DNA of 64,000 bases from the human T2T-CHM13v2.0 reference genome, Homo sapiens: NCBI RefSeq assembly GCF_009914755.1, contig NC_060931.1; one strand, given 5' to 3'. A program made the translations under genes and the position numbers. Under the pieces are notes generated by a model. It made no database searches. It saw only the letters and a program-made list of their open reading frames with translations, and was not told the DNA's origin. Shown piece by piece: positions 37,787 to 55,874 of the stretch (its first letter is position 1; each line of letters starts with the position of its first letter).

Positions 37787-37967
37787 TGTTACCCTGGCTT
37801 TTTCCAAGCGCGCAAGCTTACCGCAAGGCTGACTGTAGACGTACTTGGGAATCTCTCATTGACTTGTCCTCAATGACCACGCTCGAGCGTACCTTCACCC
37901 TAGAGAAAAGCACCCACGTTGGGCACCAGGTGAAGGGGTGGCCTGCCCCTCCACACCTGTGGATGGG

Positions 37968-38239
37968 GCATTGATAGATGAATCATCCCAATGGGATTCT
38001 AAGCTTCAGTTCAAATTGAAGGGGGTTGCTGAGCAGTGGTTAGTGTCTAACCTAAACATCTTTAAGACTAACCTACCTTCTTCATATCTTTTGTTTTTGG
38101 ACAGTTTCATTACTAGCATTGATGAAACATAGTTTACCAGCAATAAGGACCTGAAATATAACTAGAGATGAAATCGTTCATCTCCAGGTGATGCCACAGG
38201 AGCTGTGGTTCTATTCTATCTTTCTCTGCCCCTCTTATC
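37968..38239 (+). repeat. Right copy of host duplication flanking HERV-K
   Basis: Direct repeat of 32687-32951. Confidence 0.95.
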
Positions 38240-40144
38240 TATCCTTTTAGAGTCTTCTTCAGAACTCTTGGGGAAGGTAGAAGAGGATCCTCTTAACAAC
38301 CTCTGTCAGTGCCTCCCTTAGAGCCTTAGGTCCTACATTTTCCTTTTATTTTTCCACATGAATCATTATGTACATCATGTAATCTTACTTTTTATTACAA
38401 GATTCAGGAAATTTTAGAATACTAATAATTTGCCAATAAAGATGAAATAGTAACTCAGTTTTTCAGTGCATCTTTTGCTCTTTAAAGTTTACATCAGCCC
38501 TCCCGAGGTCTGCCTGCCAGTTTGCTGCTGTATCCCAGAGGTTGGCTGCCACTGTGCAGGTTGTTTTGTTCAAATGGTAGAAGTCTCTCGTACTGTCTAG
38601 GCCACTCTGTCTCCAGTTTGGCCTCTGACCCAGCCTATATATTTGCTTCCCAGCCTACATGTTCTGTCCTCTCTGCCTGAGAGTACGAGTACAGTGCTAA
38701 CTGTAGCTTAGGTCATATTGGACTTTATTAGGTTCAGAATTCCCAAGCTATGTTATAGGTCTGTGACTTTTTTGTTTTAAGGTATTTTCTGCACACTTGA
38801 GTAGCTTTTTTTATACCTACAATGCATTTTGGTTGAGGAAAGATGGAATTTTTTAGCTTTATCCTCTCCTTGCTCAGGAACAGTAGAAAATTCATTGCTG
38901 TTTTCTCCTGCCAGCCATCTTTCTTTTTCCTGCAGCTGGGACAGTTAATCAGCATATTAACTCTGCTCTCTTAAGTTCACACATTAAAACTGCCTGGTGA
39001 TGTAGTCTTTATTCCTTCATGCCACATTCCTTAAGCAAAATTGGGCAGTATATAAAATTTATCTTTTTAGCAACTCTTTCTTCTATCAGCACAGCAGCTT
39101 TTATACTCCTTAAGTGTTGTGAGAAATTATGCAGATTAACAGTCCTGTTTAAGCAGGGTAATAAATCTCTGCTTTGGGAAAATGACATGGTGAACAGAAG
39201 AGCTTAATTACCAACCTGGAGCAGTTTCTCAGCCCTGAATGCAGGGGTGGAAGAGGATGCTGTGCTGGATCATTGTGAGCCGAGGGGCTCTGCTTTAAAC
39301 TCTCCCCTGGAGGTTGCCTCTTCTCTCCATGCCTCTGAAAGGCTGTGGAGCTGAAGCAGTGGTGCTTTATCAGACTTAGGTGTGTAGCATGCAGTCTTCA
39401 GCATGCGTATGATTCTAGCAGAATGATTCTCGCCTCAAGTCAGTCAGACTTGCTAGGGAAACTTTGCCTACCCCTGGGAAGCCCTATCTGCTGAGAAACT
39501 TTCTCCTGCTCCCTAGCTGGTCTAGGAAGAGCGCATTTGGAAATATGATAGCAGTAAATAGCAGTAAAAGACTAGGGGTCTTCTAACCCAAGTTTTGGGT
39601 CTTGCATTTCCCTTTTTGATGTGATAGTGTCAGGGAATAAACCTCAGAAAACTGCACTGTGACCTCGATTTGGAGTTTCCTGTTAAATGGTAAGATGAAT
39701 AGTATACCTAGAAGAATGGGAGAAAAAGTTTCAAACAGTATGTCTGGGGTATCCCATTTTTGAAAAAGAAGTTGTAATGAAGATAGGCTTAATGTCTGGA
39801 GGGAGAAACATGAGGATGTTATTATCTCTAGAGAGGGTGATTATGCGTGATTTTCCTTGTTTCTTTACAGTTTTTTAAATATATATTTTAGCATTGAACA
39901 TATATTACTTTTATAATAAAAAAATAAAACTTTTTATCTGGGGAAAAAAACCTTTCCATTATTTCTGAGCCAGACTAATTTACTCATTCACTTTTAGTGA
40001 GTACCACTTTACTGGATATGAATGAGAAAATCTTTTATATATTTTCCCCCACTATCTGTATTTTAGCATCTCATGCTTTTATAATTCATTCATCTGTTAA
40101 TACGTGTACACAGCCCAAAATGATTTACTTTGAATACCAACCTA

Positions 40145-40514
<370 letters not shown>

Positions 40515-41292
40515 TTAAAACACACTGGACATTTTATTCAAAGATGATCCAAAAACACCAAAGATATATTTCTGTGGCAGTTTTGGCAATAGAGTATACA
40601 TTTCTTTAGGAATTACTTGTCATTGCAATGTGGATTACAGCCTAACTTTTGCAGCCAAGTTAGGAGAAATTAGTGCTGTTTTCCCTTTGTTCCCTAATGA
40701 GATCATGGCAATTCTTGAAGGCAGGGTTTTCTTTTACTAAAACCACCCTTTTTCCCCAATCTAACTCAGCCTCACACAGTGACATGGAGATTGATAAATG
40801 TTTGTCATTCGGTTAGGTGGGACTTGAAAAGAAAATGAGGGCAGGATCACCTTGCTATTTTTCTGTTAGAGTTTGCATAATATTCTGTGAAGATTTGTGG
40901 GAGTAACAGCAAGAAAATCGTTGTGGAAAATGAGAGGCAAGTCCAAGGTTAATGAATTACAGGGAAATCTCTTAAAGATGTAACAATAATCATATTAATG
41001 ACTGTCATTTCTCTTCTGGTTACTATGTACCGAGCTAAGCTAAGTACTTTTTATCATTGTCTCATTTAGCCATTATCCTAAGAAGAAGGTACAATAATCC
41101 CATTTTACAGGTGAGGAAACCCAAAACTGGGAGAGGTTAAATAACTTGTCAAAGTCATGCATCTTCCAGGATGCACACCTGGAGGTTGAACTCAGGTATG
41201 TGAAGTTTGCATTTTGCTTTCTGCCCAATGCCTGCCTCCACTTGCATTCATTCTCCACTGGCCCTCCGTATCCACAGATTCCCGCAACCAAC

Positions 41293-42640
41293 TGTATTTG
41301 TCTGTTTTCACACTGCTATGAAGATACTACGTGAGACTGGGTAATTTATAAACGAGAGGTTTAATTAACTCACAGTTCCGCATGGCTGGGGAGGCTTCAG
41401 GAAATTTATGGTCGTGGCAAAAGGTGAAGGGGAAGCAGGCACCTTCTTCACAAGGCAGCAGGAGAGAGAGGGCACAGGGGAAACTGCTACTTTTAAAACC
41501 ATCAGATCTGGGGAGAATTCCCTCACTATCAGGACAACAGCACAGGGGAAACCACCCCCATGATCCAGTCACCTACCAGGTCCCTACCTTGACACGTGGG
41601 GATTACAATTTGAGATGAGATTTGGGTGGGGACATAACCAAACCATATCATCCTGCCCCAGCCCCTCCCAAATCTCATGTCCTTTTCACATTTAAAAACC
41701 AATCATACCTTCTCAACAGTCCCCCAAAGTCTTAACTCATTCCAGCATTAACTCAAAAGTCCAAGTCCGAAGTCTCATCTAAGACAAGCCAAGTCCCTTC
41801 CACCTATGAGCCTGTAAAATAAAATTAGTTACTTCTAAGATACCATGAGGGTACAGGCATTGGGCAAATGTTTCCAGTCCAAATGGGAGAAATTGACCAA
41901 AATAAAGGGGCTACAGGCCTCATGCAGGTCTGAAAACCCGGCAGAGCAGTCGTTAAATCTTAAAGCTCTGAAATCATCTCCTTTGATTCCACGTCTCACA
42001 TGTAGGCCACCCCAGGGCATGCTGATGCAAGAGGTGGGCTCCAACAATCTTGGTCTTGGGCAGCTGCCCCTGCGTTCCTGTGGCTCAGCAAGGTACAGCC
42101 CCTGTGTCCACTTTCATGGGCTGGTGTTGAATGCCTGCAGCATTTCTAGGCACTTGGTGCAAGCTGTCAGTGTATCTACCTTTCTGGGGTCTGGAGGATG
42201 GGTGCCCCCTTCTCACAGCTCCACTAGGCAATGCCCCAGTGGGGACCCTGTGCAGGGGCTACAACTCCACATTTTCCTTCCACACTGCCATAGCAGAAGT
42301 TCTCCTTGAGGGCTCCTTTTAGCCGTGGCTGGTGCTGGATCCACTGGGATGCATGGAACCAAGTCCCGAGGTTGCACAGAGCAGTTGGGCCCTGGGTCTG
42401 GCCCAGGAAACCATTTTTCTCTCCAAGACCTCTGGGCCTGTGATAGGAGGGGCTGCCAAGAAGGTCTTTGACATGCCCTAGAGACATTTTCCCCATTGTC
42501 TTGACTATTAACATTCGGCTCCTTGTTACTTATGCAAATTTCTTCAGCCAGCTTGAATTCCTCCTCAGAAAGTTGGTTTTTCTTTTCTACCACATGGTCA
42601 GGCTGCACATTTTCCAAACCATTATGCTCTCCTTCTCTTA
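41293..42640 (-). mobile_element. MST/THE1-type MaLR LTR (41293-41650) with internal sequence
   Basis: gagactgggtaatttata ... aaaccatatca LTR hallmarks; internal ORF remnants LAEEICISN, ENVSRACQR. Confidence 0.82.
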
Positions 42641-43559
42641 AATATAAGGTTCAGTTGGGCATCTTCTATATATCATGCACCCATATAGGACCTGAATGTA
42701 GGGATGTATATAACAGGATTCCTGCACTGAAGGAATTCACAATTAAGCTTATGAGGGGTTAGGGAGGATAAGCAGAAACTTTTATAGCTAACTGTGATAG
42801 GGTGTGAGGAGTAGCTTAGAAGAGAATGGATAGGTGAGCTTTCAGCAGAGGAAACAGCATGAGCAAAGATCCAGAAACAAAAGTTTATGAAACAAAGGTG
42901 AGGCATGGAAAGTGGGTTGGGGCTAGATAGTAAAGGGCCTTGAAAGCTTTCAGAGAACTTTGGCAATGGGGAGCAATAGAAGGTTTGAAAACAAGGACAT
43001 CTTATCAGAATTGTGCGTTAGGAGAACAACAAAGACAGAGTGAAGGGCTAGAAGGAGAAAGCCTAGAGGCAGTTAGGAAGCTCTAATAAGCCTAGAAAGG
43101 TTAGCAAGAATGGGGATGAGAGGTGACTTGAGGGGCGTTTGGGATTCAAGTTGATTTGACAAATAGTAATTGTGTACCAATTTTGTGCTGGACCCTGTGC
43201 TAGGCTCTGTGTTAGAGATACTGCAGAGAATCACTTATAGCTTCTGCCCAAGATCTAGTGGTGACACAACCACTATTGCTAAGAGGAAATGCAATTCAGA
43301 GGTGGTTCTGAGGTTCCTGCATGGAGATGTGTGGATAGTAGCACTTCATTTCTGAGTTTATGGAACATGGATGTGGGAGCAGAGTTGAGAGGGGGAAAGA
43401 TAATGAGCTTAGTTTTGAATATGGTTTATCTGTAGACTTTCTAATGGCTCCTTGGCAGGGTATTAATTATATTAGTCTGGAGCTCCGAGGAGAAGTTGAG
43501 GCAGGAGTGATTATTCTTTTTCTTCTGCTAAACACATTATAAATGGTTTATGAGATAAC

Positions 43560-43761
43560 TTTTTTGTTTTTTATTTTTAAATTTTATTTATCCTTTATTT
43601 ATAACATATGTATGTATGTTGGAGTCTCGCTGTGTCGCCCAGGCTGGAGTGCAGTGGTGCGATCATAGCTCACTGCAGCCTCAAACTCATGGTTGCAAGT
43701 GATGCTCTCACCTTGGCCTCCTGGGTCGCTGGGATGATAAGCATGAGCTACCATGCCTGGC
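43560..43761 (-). mobile_element. Alu monomer (FLAM-like)
   Basis: Single reverse arm with AT-rich tail. Confidence 0.75.
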
Positions 43762-45984
43762 TGTGAGATAACTTTAAAGCATTCTAGCTTTCTATTGTAG
43801 ATTCTAGCTTTCTGTTATAGAAAACCGTATTGTGGAAAAGATTTCCAGTTGCCTACCTGTTTTAAGATGTACCTGGGACTTGCCTTAATCATGTATGGTA
43901 GGAGACAACTGCTTTAATCATGTCACGGAGACAGCTGCTTTAATCATGTCACACAGACAACTGCTTTGAAAGAAGAGTCTTTTATTTCACAGTTCCCAAT
44001 AGGAGGTTGCATGCTATGCCATGCAAGGCCACTCAGGGATGCACTGGAGTTGGTCAGGAGGAAGAAGGAGGGGGGAAAACATAAGCCAGAGGCTTTGTTG
44101 TGTTTTTCATAGGGAAGCAATGAGTAAGGCACCAGTGGAAAGCTAAGCAAGGTTAGGATTGGGTAGTTTGAATAATTTCAGCAGGCTGCAGGTTCTCAAG
44201 ATGGTCCCTAGTTATCAGGTGCCTGGCCCTGGGGTGATTGAAGGCAAGGTCATAGTGTCCTGGGCTCGTTTTCTACCTAAGCAAAGGAGGTAGATGGGAG
44301 GGGCAGTGTGGATTCAGGATTGGCTGGTTTGCTTATCAAAGGAGTTTTCTCAGGCAAGTTGGCTAACTCCAGGAATTAGCTAACCTTGGGAGGGCATGCC
44401 CTCTCTGGGTCTGCAAGGCCCAAAAGTGTCAAAGCATAAAATACAGAAAATAAACATGATTAATGCACTACCCAGTATCTATTGTCCCTTCTGTATTTAT
44501 AGAACCCAGATGTGACAGGGTGCACAGCACATGTACTGCATTCCTGTTCTTTTCAGTTAGGGGTTGCCAAGGGGCTATAGGCAGAAGTCACTTGGTGATG
44601 CTCTCAGGGAACTTTCTATATGAGTTACTCTTGGGAGGCGTATCCTGTGTGCTTCCCCAGACTCTCGTCCTACAGCATTTTCTTTTTTGTCTGAAATGTG
44701 GACATTTCATGGCTGGATTTCCAGTTGCCATCTTGGACCATGAGGCAGTCTTCAGAATGGAAGGTAGAAGAAGCTGGGATCTGCAATCACTATGCAACCA
44801 CCATACCAGCCTGGACAGTTTGCCTCTGGACTGCTTTGGGAGACAAAAATATACCTCTCCTCTAAGCCATTTACTTGTGTTGTGTACTTAAACCTAATTC
44901 TTTCTTATTCATATATTGTTGACTTTATCTCCGTATACATGAGCAACTCTTTACTCTTATCTTTCTCTTACATGACCTTTCACGGCAAGTAGAAGTAAAA
45001 TCTTTTCTTTATTCCCACAATCCTTTAGGTTTTAAACTAATGTCTCATTAAATTTAGGGAAGGGAGTAGGACATAAAAAGTATACAAACCTTAGCAATTA
45101 GCTTTAAAAAGAGTCAACATAAGCATACTTTAATACAAACTACGTACTGCTTAATTCTGCATATAGTCCTGAATGAAGATCCTTAATTAATAGCCGCTTG
45201 TTAAATAGAGGAGCTCTTAGGTTAAGAACAGAAGTATTGTTCTTATGCCTCCCTGGACAGTATTATAGCAGACTAGCAATCCAGAGTGGGTCTGAGACTT
45301 CCCACTGCAAGTCCAAGTTCGGGATGTAAGCTTGGCCACTTTCTGGTGAGGCTTCTCTTGCTAGCTTATAGCTTACAGCCATCTCTCTGCATGTAAGCCA
45401 GGCTCCAAGGGGCATGCCTTTTAATTCTAATCCATGATCAATGGCACTGAACTTTTACAATTTTATGCACTTAAACCTCACTCCAGGTGGATAGTGGCTC
45501 CTAGTGGAATTCCTTTTCTGTATCTCTGAGTCCTCCCTCCTGAGGAATGAGACTTTTTACTCTTCTGAGTAATTCTGAGCCGCCTCCATTTGGTGCCGCT
45601 CATCTTTCTGTTTTGGGTAACTCAGAGCCCTACACCCTTTGAAACTGAGTCCAAGTCCTCCATCATCTTTGTGACCTAGATCTCTTCCTTCTCTATGTGA
45701 CACTGGACACTACTCATTTGCATTTTAGCAAAGAGCTGCAAAGTTTAGGTTCATTGATGGAATATGACAATCCATATCATCTGTGAAGAGGACAGACTAA
45801 CCTGAAAGAGCCAGAGAGGATTTCCTAAATTGTGCTCTACGACAGACTAAATTGGGCAGAGACAAGAGACAGGTACAGTGAAGCAACAGGTAGAGGAGTA
45901 GATTAACGAGAAAAATATCACATCAGTGAGGAGATTCTATGTATCAACAGAAAGAACAAAGATCAGGGCTGCCTAATTGCTGAC

Positions 45985-46935
45985 ATGATGGGACTCACCG
46001 AGGGGGTGTTCCTGATTCTGTCTGGCACTCAGTTCACACTGGGAATTCTGGTCAATTGTTTCATTGAGTTGGTCAATGGTAGCAGCTGGTTCAAGACCAA
46101 GAGAATGTCTTTGTCTGACTTCATCATCACCACCCTGGCACTCTTGAGGATCATTCTGCTGTGTATTATCTTGACTGATAGTTTTTTAATAGAATTCTCT
46201 CCCAACACACATGATTCAGGGATAATAATGCAAATTATTGATGTTTCCTGGACATTTACAAACCATCTGAGCATTTGGCTTGCCACCTGTCTTGGTGTCC
46301 TCTACTGCCTGAAAATCGCCAGTTTCTCTCACCCCACATTCCTCTGGCTCAAGTGGAGAGTTTCTAGGGTGATGGTATGGATGCTGTTGGGTGCACTGCT
46401 CTTATCCTGTGGTAGTACCGCATCTCTGATCAATGAGTTTAAGCTCTATTCTGTCTTTAGGGGAATTGAGGCCACCAGGAATGTGACTGAACACTTCAGA
46501 AAGAAGAGGAGTGAGTATTATCTGATCCATGTTCTTGGGACTCTGTGGTACCTGCCTCCCTTAATTGTGTCCCTGGCCTCCTACTCTTTGCTCATCTTCT
46601 CCCTGGGGAGGCACACACGGCAGATGCTGCAAAATGGGACAAGCTCCAGAGATCCAACCACTGAGGCCCACAAGAGGGCCATCAGAATCATCCTTTCCTT
46701 CTTCTTTCTCTTCTTACTTTACTTTCTTGCTTTCTTAATTGCATCATTTGGTAATTTCCTACCAAAAACCAAGATGGCTAAGATGATTGGCGAAGTAATG
46801 ACAATGTTTTATCCTGCTGGCCACTCATTTATTCTCATTCTGGGGAACAGTAAGCTGAAGCAGACATTTGTAGTGATGCTCCGGTGTGAGTCTGGTCATC
46901 TGAAGCCTGGATCCAAGGGACCCATTTTCTCTTAG
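45985..46935 (+). CDS. TAS2R3: Bitter taste receptor type 2 member 3, intronless 7TM, 316 aa
   Basis: T2R motifs LALLRI, WLATCLGVLYCLKIASFSHPTFLWLKWR, LIFSLGRH, TEAHKRAIR, GHSFILILGNSKLKQ. Confidence 0.97.
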   Translation: MMGLTEGVFLILSGTQFTLGILVNCFIELVNGSSWFKTKRMSLSDFIITTLALLRIILLCIILTDSFLIEFSPNTHDSGIIMQIIDVSWTFTNHLSIWLATCLGVLYCLKIASFSHPTFLWLKWRVSRVMVWMLLGALLLSCGSTASLINEFKLYSVFRGIEATRNVTEHFRKKRSEYYLIHVLGTLWYLPPLIVSLASYSLLIFSLGRHTRQMLQNGTSSRDPTTEAHKRAIRIILSFFFLFLLYFLAFLIASFGNFLPKTKMAKMIGEVMTMFYPAGHSFILILGNSKLKQTFVVMLRCESGHLKPGSKGPIFS

Positions 46936-48113
46936 AGTAACAGAGGGCATGGGGTGGAGCCCTTGAGCCTTTTGGCCTGGCTCAAGACTACAGGACTCTT
47001 CCTGACCTTCCTATGTTACCAGTTCCATAACATCAGTAGGAGAGAAACACTGACTGCTTTGCCCCTGGTCCCTGGGCACTTGTTCCAAGGTGAAAGCCAC
47101 GCTTCTCACAGCCTCTCTCTGTATGGTGGTTGCGGAGGTGGGGAGGGTGCAGGAGTAGTAGTCTTGGAAATGACCATGTCGTAAGAACACTCTCACTATA
47201 AACATATGGTGCTGTATTTTAATAATCATCAGCTCGACATAATGAGTCTGATTACTAGTTTCAACTTAAATTAGATACTAACAGTGATAAACATAAAATT
47301 ACATAGTAGACTTGAAGGAAAGAGCAAAAGCTTTGCAGTCCTATAGATGTGGGTTTGAATTCTGATTCTGGCCAAGATTTTTGGCCTCTGGTGAGTTACT
47401 TTAATTACCTGTCTGATTCCCTCTTCTGATCCCTACTGGCCATTTTAGCACAGTGTGTTGTGTACAGTACTCAGTAAGTGAAGGCTATTATTGCGCTAAT
47501 ATTGGATTGTGCAGCAACAGCAATTTCCATATGATTCCAGTTCCCACAAACACATTGTGTAATGATGAAAACAGTGGAAAGAAAATCAAGACCTTTAGAT
47601 TCTAGATTCCAATTCAATCTTGCATTTCATGATCATTTTGCTAAAGTACATTTTCAAGTAATTATTTTGTAGATTGGGCAAAAGACCAAGTAGTTTTGTT
47701 TTTATTTTTGACCAAGATGCCTACCTGGTTTTAAAATTACAGTTTTATCAAATGTAATATAAGTGAATTTTGTAAGTTTAATCACTTTTATTTAAATAGA
47801 AGTATATAGGCATTGATTTACTTCCTGTTATTTACAATTTTGACATGTCAATGAAAAGATATTGCTTAATATCCTGAAGAATTCTCAAATTTGTAAACAT
47901 ATTCAGTTAATACACATGGCATTATTCAGAAATGTGTATTTCTAGCCCTAATGGGACTCTCAGAAGTGGACTGTTGTGGCTAAGAATGTAGACCCTGAAA
48001 TTAGACAATCTGTGTTTAAATCTGGCTTTGGCCCTTTTGAACTGGGTGACCTTGGGGAAACTTCTTAACCAGTCTCTATTTAACTTTCTTCACCTGTAAA
48101 ATAGAAATAGTAA

Positions 48114-48115
<2 letters not shown>

Positions 48116-48165
<50 letters not shown>
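48116..48165. repeat. (TG)~25 microsatellite
   Basis: Directly visible. Confidence 0.97.
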
Positions 48166-48167
<2 letters not shown>

Positions 48168-50908
48168 GGGATAAAGTTGTTGGAAGGAATGAGTGAATTA
48201 ACACATGGGAAGTGCTTAGAGTTCTACATGGAACAAACACACAATAAAACTGCTATCGTTGTTGTTATTTTGTGAAAAGGAGCATACTTTGACATAATAA
48301 AAAGGAGTATATTTGGACATAGCATGAATGTCCATTACATTACTGGACATTTGGTCATATGTAACCAGAAATTGACATTAGGGTTGTTCTGGGATTTATA
48401 TGTTAATTCCTAAAATGATGGGAATAAAATTTCCTTTGGTCTGCACAGTTTGCATTATCCCATTGGATTAAACACCTCCACAACCAGCAAGTGAGGGTTC
48501 AGGAGAAAAACCATATTACTGATAGATAAAATAAAGAACTGACTTGTTTTCATCACATTTGAGCTTGTAGAGTGAGTAAATTTTGTTAGCCCCACTATCA
48601 TTAAATTGTCATTGTGACTTGGTGGAGCTTGGCCAACGGTCTGAGCAAGATTTCCAGGTTAACTCTGAAATACATATTTTCAGGAGTTGATGAGTGGAGT
48701 TTCTTGGCTATGTTCTGTCTGGTGTCAATTTCCATTTGTGGCCAGACAGTGTATTCATAGCCAGAGAGGAAAGATTTCTGAATTGTCCTTGGCTTTTCAG
48801 GCTTCTCCCCTTATTGCCCAGCTAGCAGATCCCCTTGAGAAAGGGATGAGTTCTGCCTAGCTTCTGGATGTTGCTGTAATATTCCAGGAATGAATACATG
48901 GTTCACTTCATTTTGATTCTGGCCAACCTTGATTCCAGTTCATTCCTTCCTGCCACAAACATTTATTTAACACTTATTGTGCACCAAGCACTGTACGAGA
49001 CCAAGCACTGCACGAGACGCTTGTTCCTTGAACACTGTTCTGTTCTCAAAAACATTACTTAGTGCGTAATATAGACACAGAAACAAGTATTTAATTGCTG
49101 CATCACTGAAACACGTGCTTCAGGTACAATAAAGGGATCATCCGATCTTGAGGGTCCTGATGCAGGTGATCTTTGTGTCTAGACCCCTTTTGTGGCAGCC
49201 TTGAAAATGTGCGCTCGGATCTCTGCTGTGGAGGCACAATTGGCTGATGGCTCCAGCTTTGGAGATCCACTACCTTGAGGCCACATCTCCTGCAGGCTTC
49301 TCCCAGCCAGTGGTGGAGCACTGTGGAGTACTAAGGCAGGTCTGTTTTGCTGAGACATGCGACTCCTCTAACAGGCAATTTTGGCCAAGGACTCTGCATC
49401 AGCTTGGTCGAAGTTTTCTTGGACCTCTACTGCACTTTAGAACTCTCTCTACCCAATTATTCCATACCCCCCTTTACCTCTCCCCCCCTTTTATAGCTGT
49501 CAGACCTACATTGCTCTCTGAATACTCTGCTCACTTCTTCTGGCTCCCACCCACCTAACATCTCTTGCACATCTAATCTTTTTTAAGCCTCTGCCTCTTG
49601 GCAGACCTCTCATATAAGTAATCTCTGTATTAAAAAGCTAGTGCAGATGATAAAGATACTCACTAAAAGACATATAAGTGTATGTGCATATGTGTGTGTG
49701 TGTGTGTTCTAAGTGCACCAGAATTCTAGAAATCATTCCAGATTCTGCCTTCTTCTACAGCCTCAATATCCATTTAGTTGCCAGATCCCTTTGGTTGTAC
49801 TTCAAAACATTTCCCTCAAATGTTCCCTGGTCTCCATCTCCACTCTTTTCAGCCCATCAGAGTGATTACAACAGGATTCTAACTAGTTTCCTGCTTCCAG
49901 CTCCATCCCCTTCCAGCAAAGCCTTTCCTTATTACTTGGATTGTGTTCTTCATACAGTGAAAATATGAAAGTAATGCTACCCTCTTGAAAGTCTTGCAAT
50001 GGCTCTCCATTGCTTTGGGTAAAGTCCAAACTACTTAGTTTACAGCATAAAGTCAGTCTTCATTTGGTCTCTGTTTTCTTCTTTTTAGTTTCATCTTCTC
50101 GTTCCTTGCTTTTCCAAAAGAACTTTGAACTATTTCTAGTTCCCAAATATGCCATACTCTTCTTGCTACTATGCTTTTCCATGTGCTGCTTTCTATGCCT
50201 AGAATTATCTTTCTTATCAGCTGTGTCAACTTCTCTTATTCTTCAACACCTTCCTCCTCTGGGAAACTTTCTCTGACTCTTTCAGGTGACGCTAAGCACT
50301 TATTCTTTGTGTTTTTCTAATGTTGTACATGCCTCTGATCACATTAGTATAATAATTATGCCCAAATTCTGTACCTACTATGGCATAGATACTTCGTGAT
50401 TTATCTTTCCAGTTTCATCTCCCACTACTTCTCTTCCTGTCCTTGTACCCCTCCCCTCCTCTGTTTTCTGAACCCACCACACACTGTCACCTCTTAGTCT
50501 GCATGTAGAGTTCTCTGCTTCCAATATCCTTCTTTCTCCCTACCTTAGCTTTTTTTTGGATAATCTCTTTGCATCCTTTAAGACTTAATTTATATGTCTT
50601 CTCAGTTCCTGAACTGCCAAAACTGGATCAAGTGCGCCTCCTGAACACTCCTATTGCGCTCCTTGTGTTTCCTTATTATGGCGTCTAAAACTCTCAACTC
50701 TAATAGTCTATTCATCTGTCTTTTTTACCATGTTGTATATTCTTTGAAGGGAGGATGTGCTGTGGGTGATTCTTCTCTATTTCCCTAGCACCTAACAGTG
50801 TCTGGCTGATGATAACAGTTTATAGAATGAAAGAACCAGTGAGGGGAAGTCTAGTGTAGTAGAAAGAGCTCAGTCTCAGACCTTTCAGCTTAGCCACTTC
50901 TTTGCTGC

Positions 50909-51279
50909 TGTGGTTTGGATGTCCCTTCCAAAACTCATGACAGAATGTAATTGTGTCCTTGTAACAGTGTTGAGAGGTAGGGCCTTTAAGAGGTGATTCG
51001 GTCATGAGGGCTTTGCCCTCATGAATGGATTAATGCAGGAGTGGGTTTGTTATTGCGGGAGTTTGGCCCCCTTTTCCTGTCTTGTTCTCATGTACACATT
51101 CTTGCCCTCTGCCATGTTATGAAGTACTAAGTAGGCCCTCATTAGATGCTGAGTTGATGCCAGCACCATGCTCTTGGACTTCCCAGCTTTCAGAACTGTG
51201 AGCCAACTAGACTTCTTTTCTTTATAAATTACCCAATATGTGGTATTCTGTTATAGCAGCAGAAAATGGGCTAAGGCAT
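50909..51279 (+). mobile_element. MST-type MaLR solo LTR
   Basis: tgtggtttggatgt ... ataaattacccaatatgtggtattctgttatagcagcagaaaatgggctaaggca. Confidence 0.75.
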
Positions 51280-52006
51280 TTGCTCTGGTATTAGGCAGTC
51301 ACTTATTTTCCCTGATCTTCATTTTCCTCACTCATAAATAGGGATAACCATATACTCCTCCTAGGATGCCTGATGCACTGCTGGGAACATAGCAAGCATT
51401 TAAAAAACCACAAGTAATGGAAGTTTTCTTCTTTCTCTTAAGTGCCATCTATACTTTTTTGAAAAAAATTTTTTTTTTCTTATTTTAAATTTAATCACCT
51501 TCCATCTGGAAACTGAGAAGGAGATGTTTAGCTACTATTTCATATAAATTAATATTGACAGAAGACTGAATTTCTTTGAAGATAATTTAAAAAAATAAAA
51601 GTAACAAATCTGAAAATGTTTACATTACTTTCTTAAAACTTCTGAAATATTAGCTAATAAAAGAATCTTCATGCCAATTTTGATTTTAGATTATCAATAA
51701 CTTTTAACGTAGGGTCTCCTTAAAAAGTCTCATTTATAGAAATCATTGCTACAAAAAGCTTAAGGTAGGGTGTATGTTTTTTTGCCCCAACTTTTTTTTT
51801 TATTATACTTTAAGTTTTAGGGTACATGTGCACAACGTGCAGGTTTGTTACATATGTATACATGTGCCATGTTGGTGTGCTGCACCCATTAACTCATCAT
51901 TTAACATTAGGTATATCTCCTAATGCTATCTCTCCCCCCTGCCCCCAACCCACAACAGGCCCCAGTGTGTGATGTTCCCCTTCCTGTGTTCATGGGTTCT
52001 CGTTGT

Positions 52007-55811
<3,805 letters not shown>

Positions 55812-55874
55812 TATGATGTTAGCTGGTTATTTTGCTCGTTAGTTGATGCAGTTGCTTCCTAGCCTTCATGGTCT

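Noticed and set aside
47000-51400. Additional TAS2R pseudogene between TAS2R3 and the L1
   Set aside because: No T2R motifs recognised in the ORF track or by reading; a tBLASTn would be needed to exclude a very decayed copy
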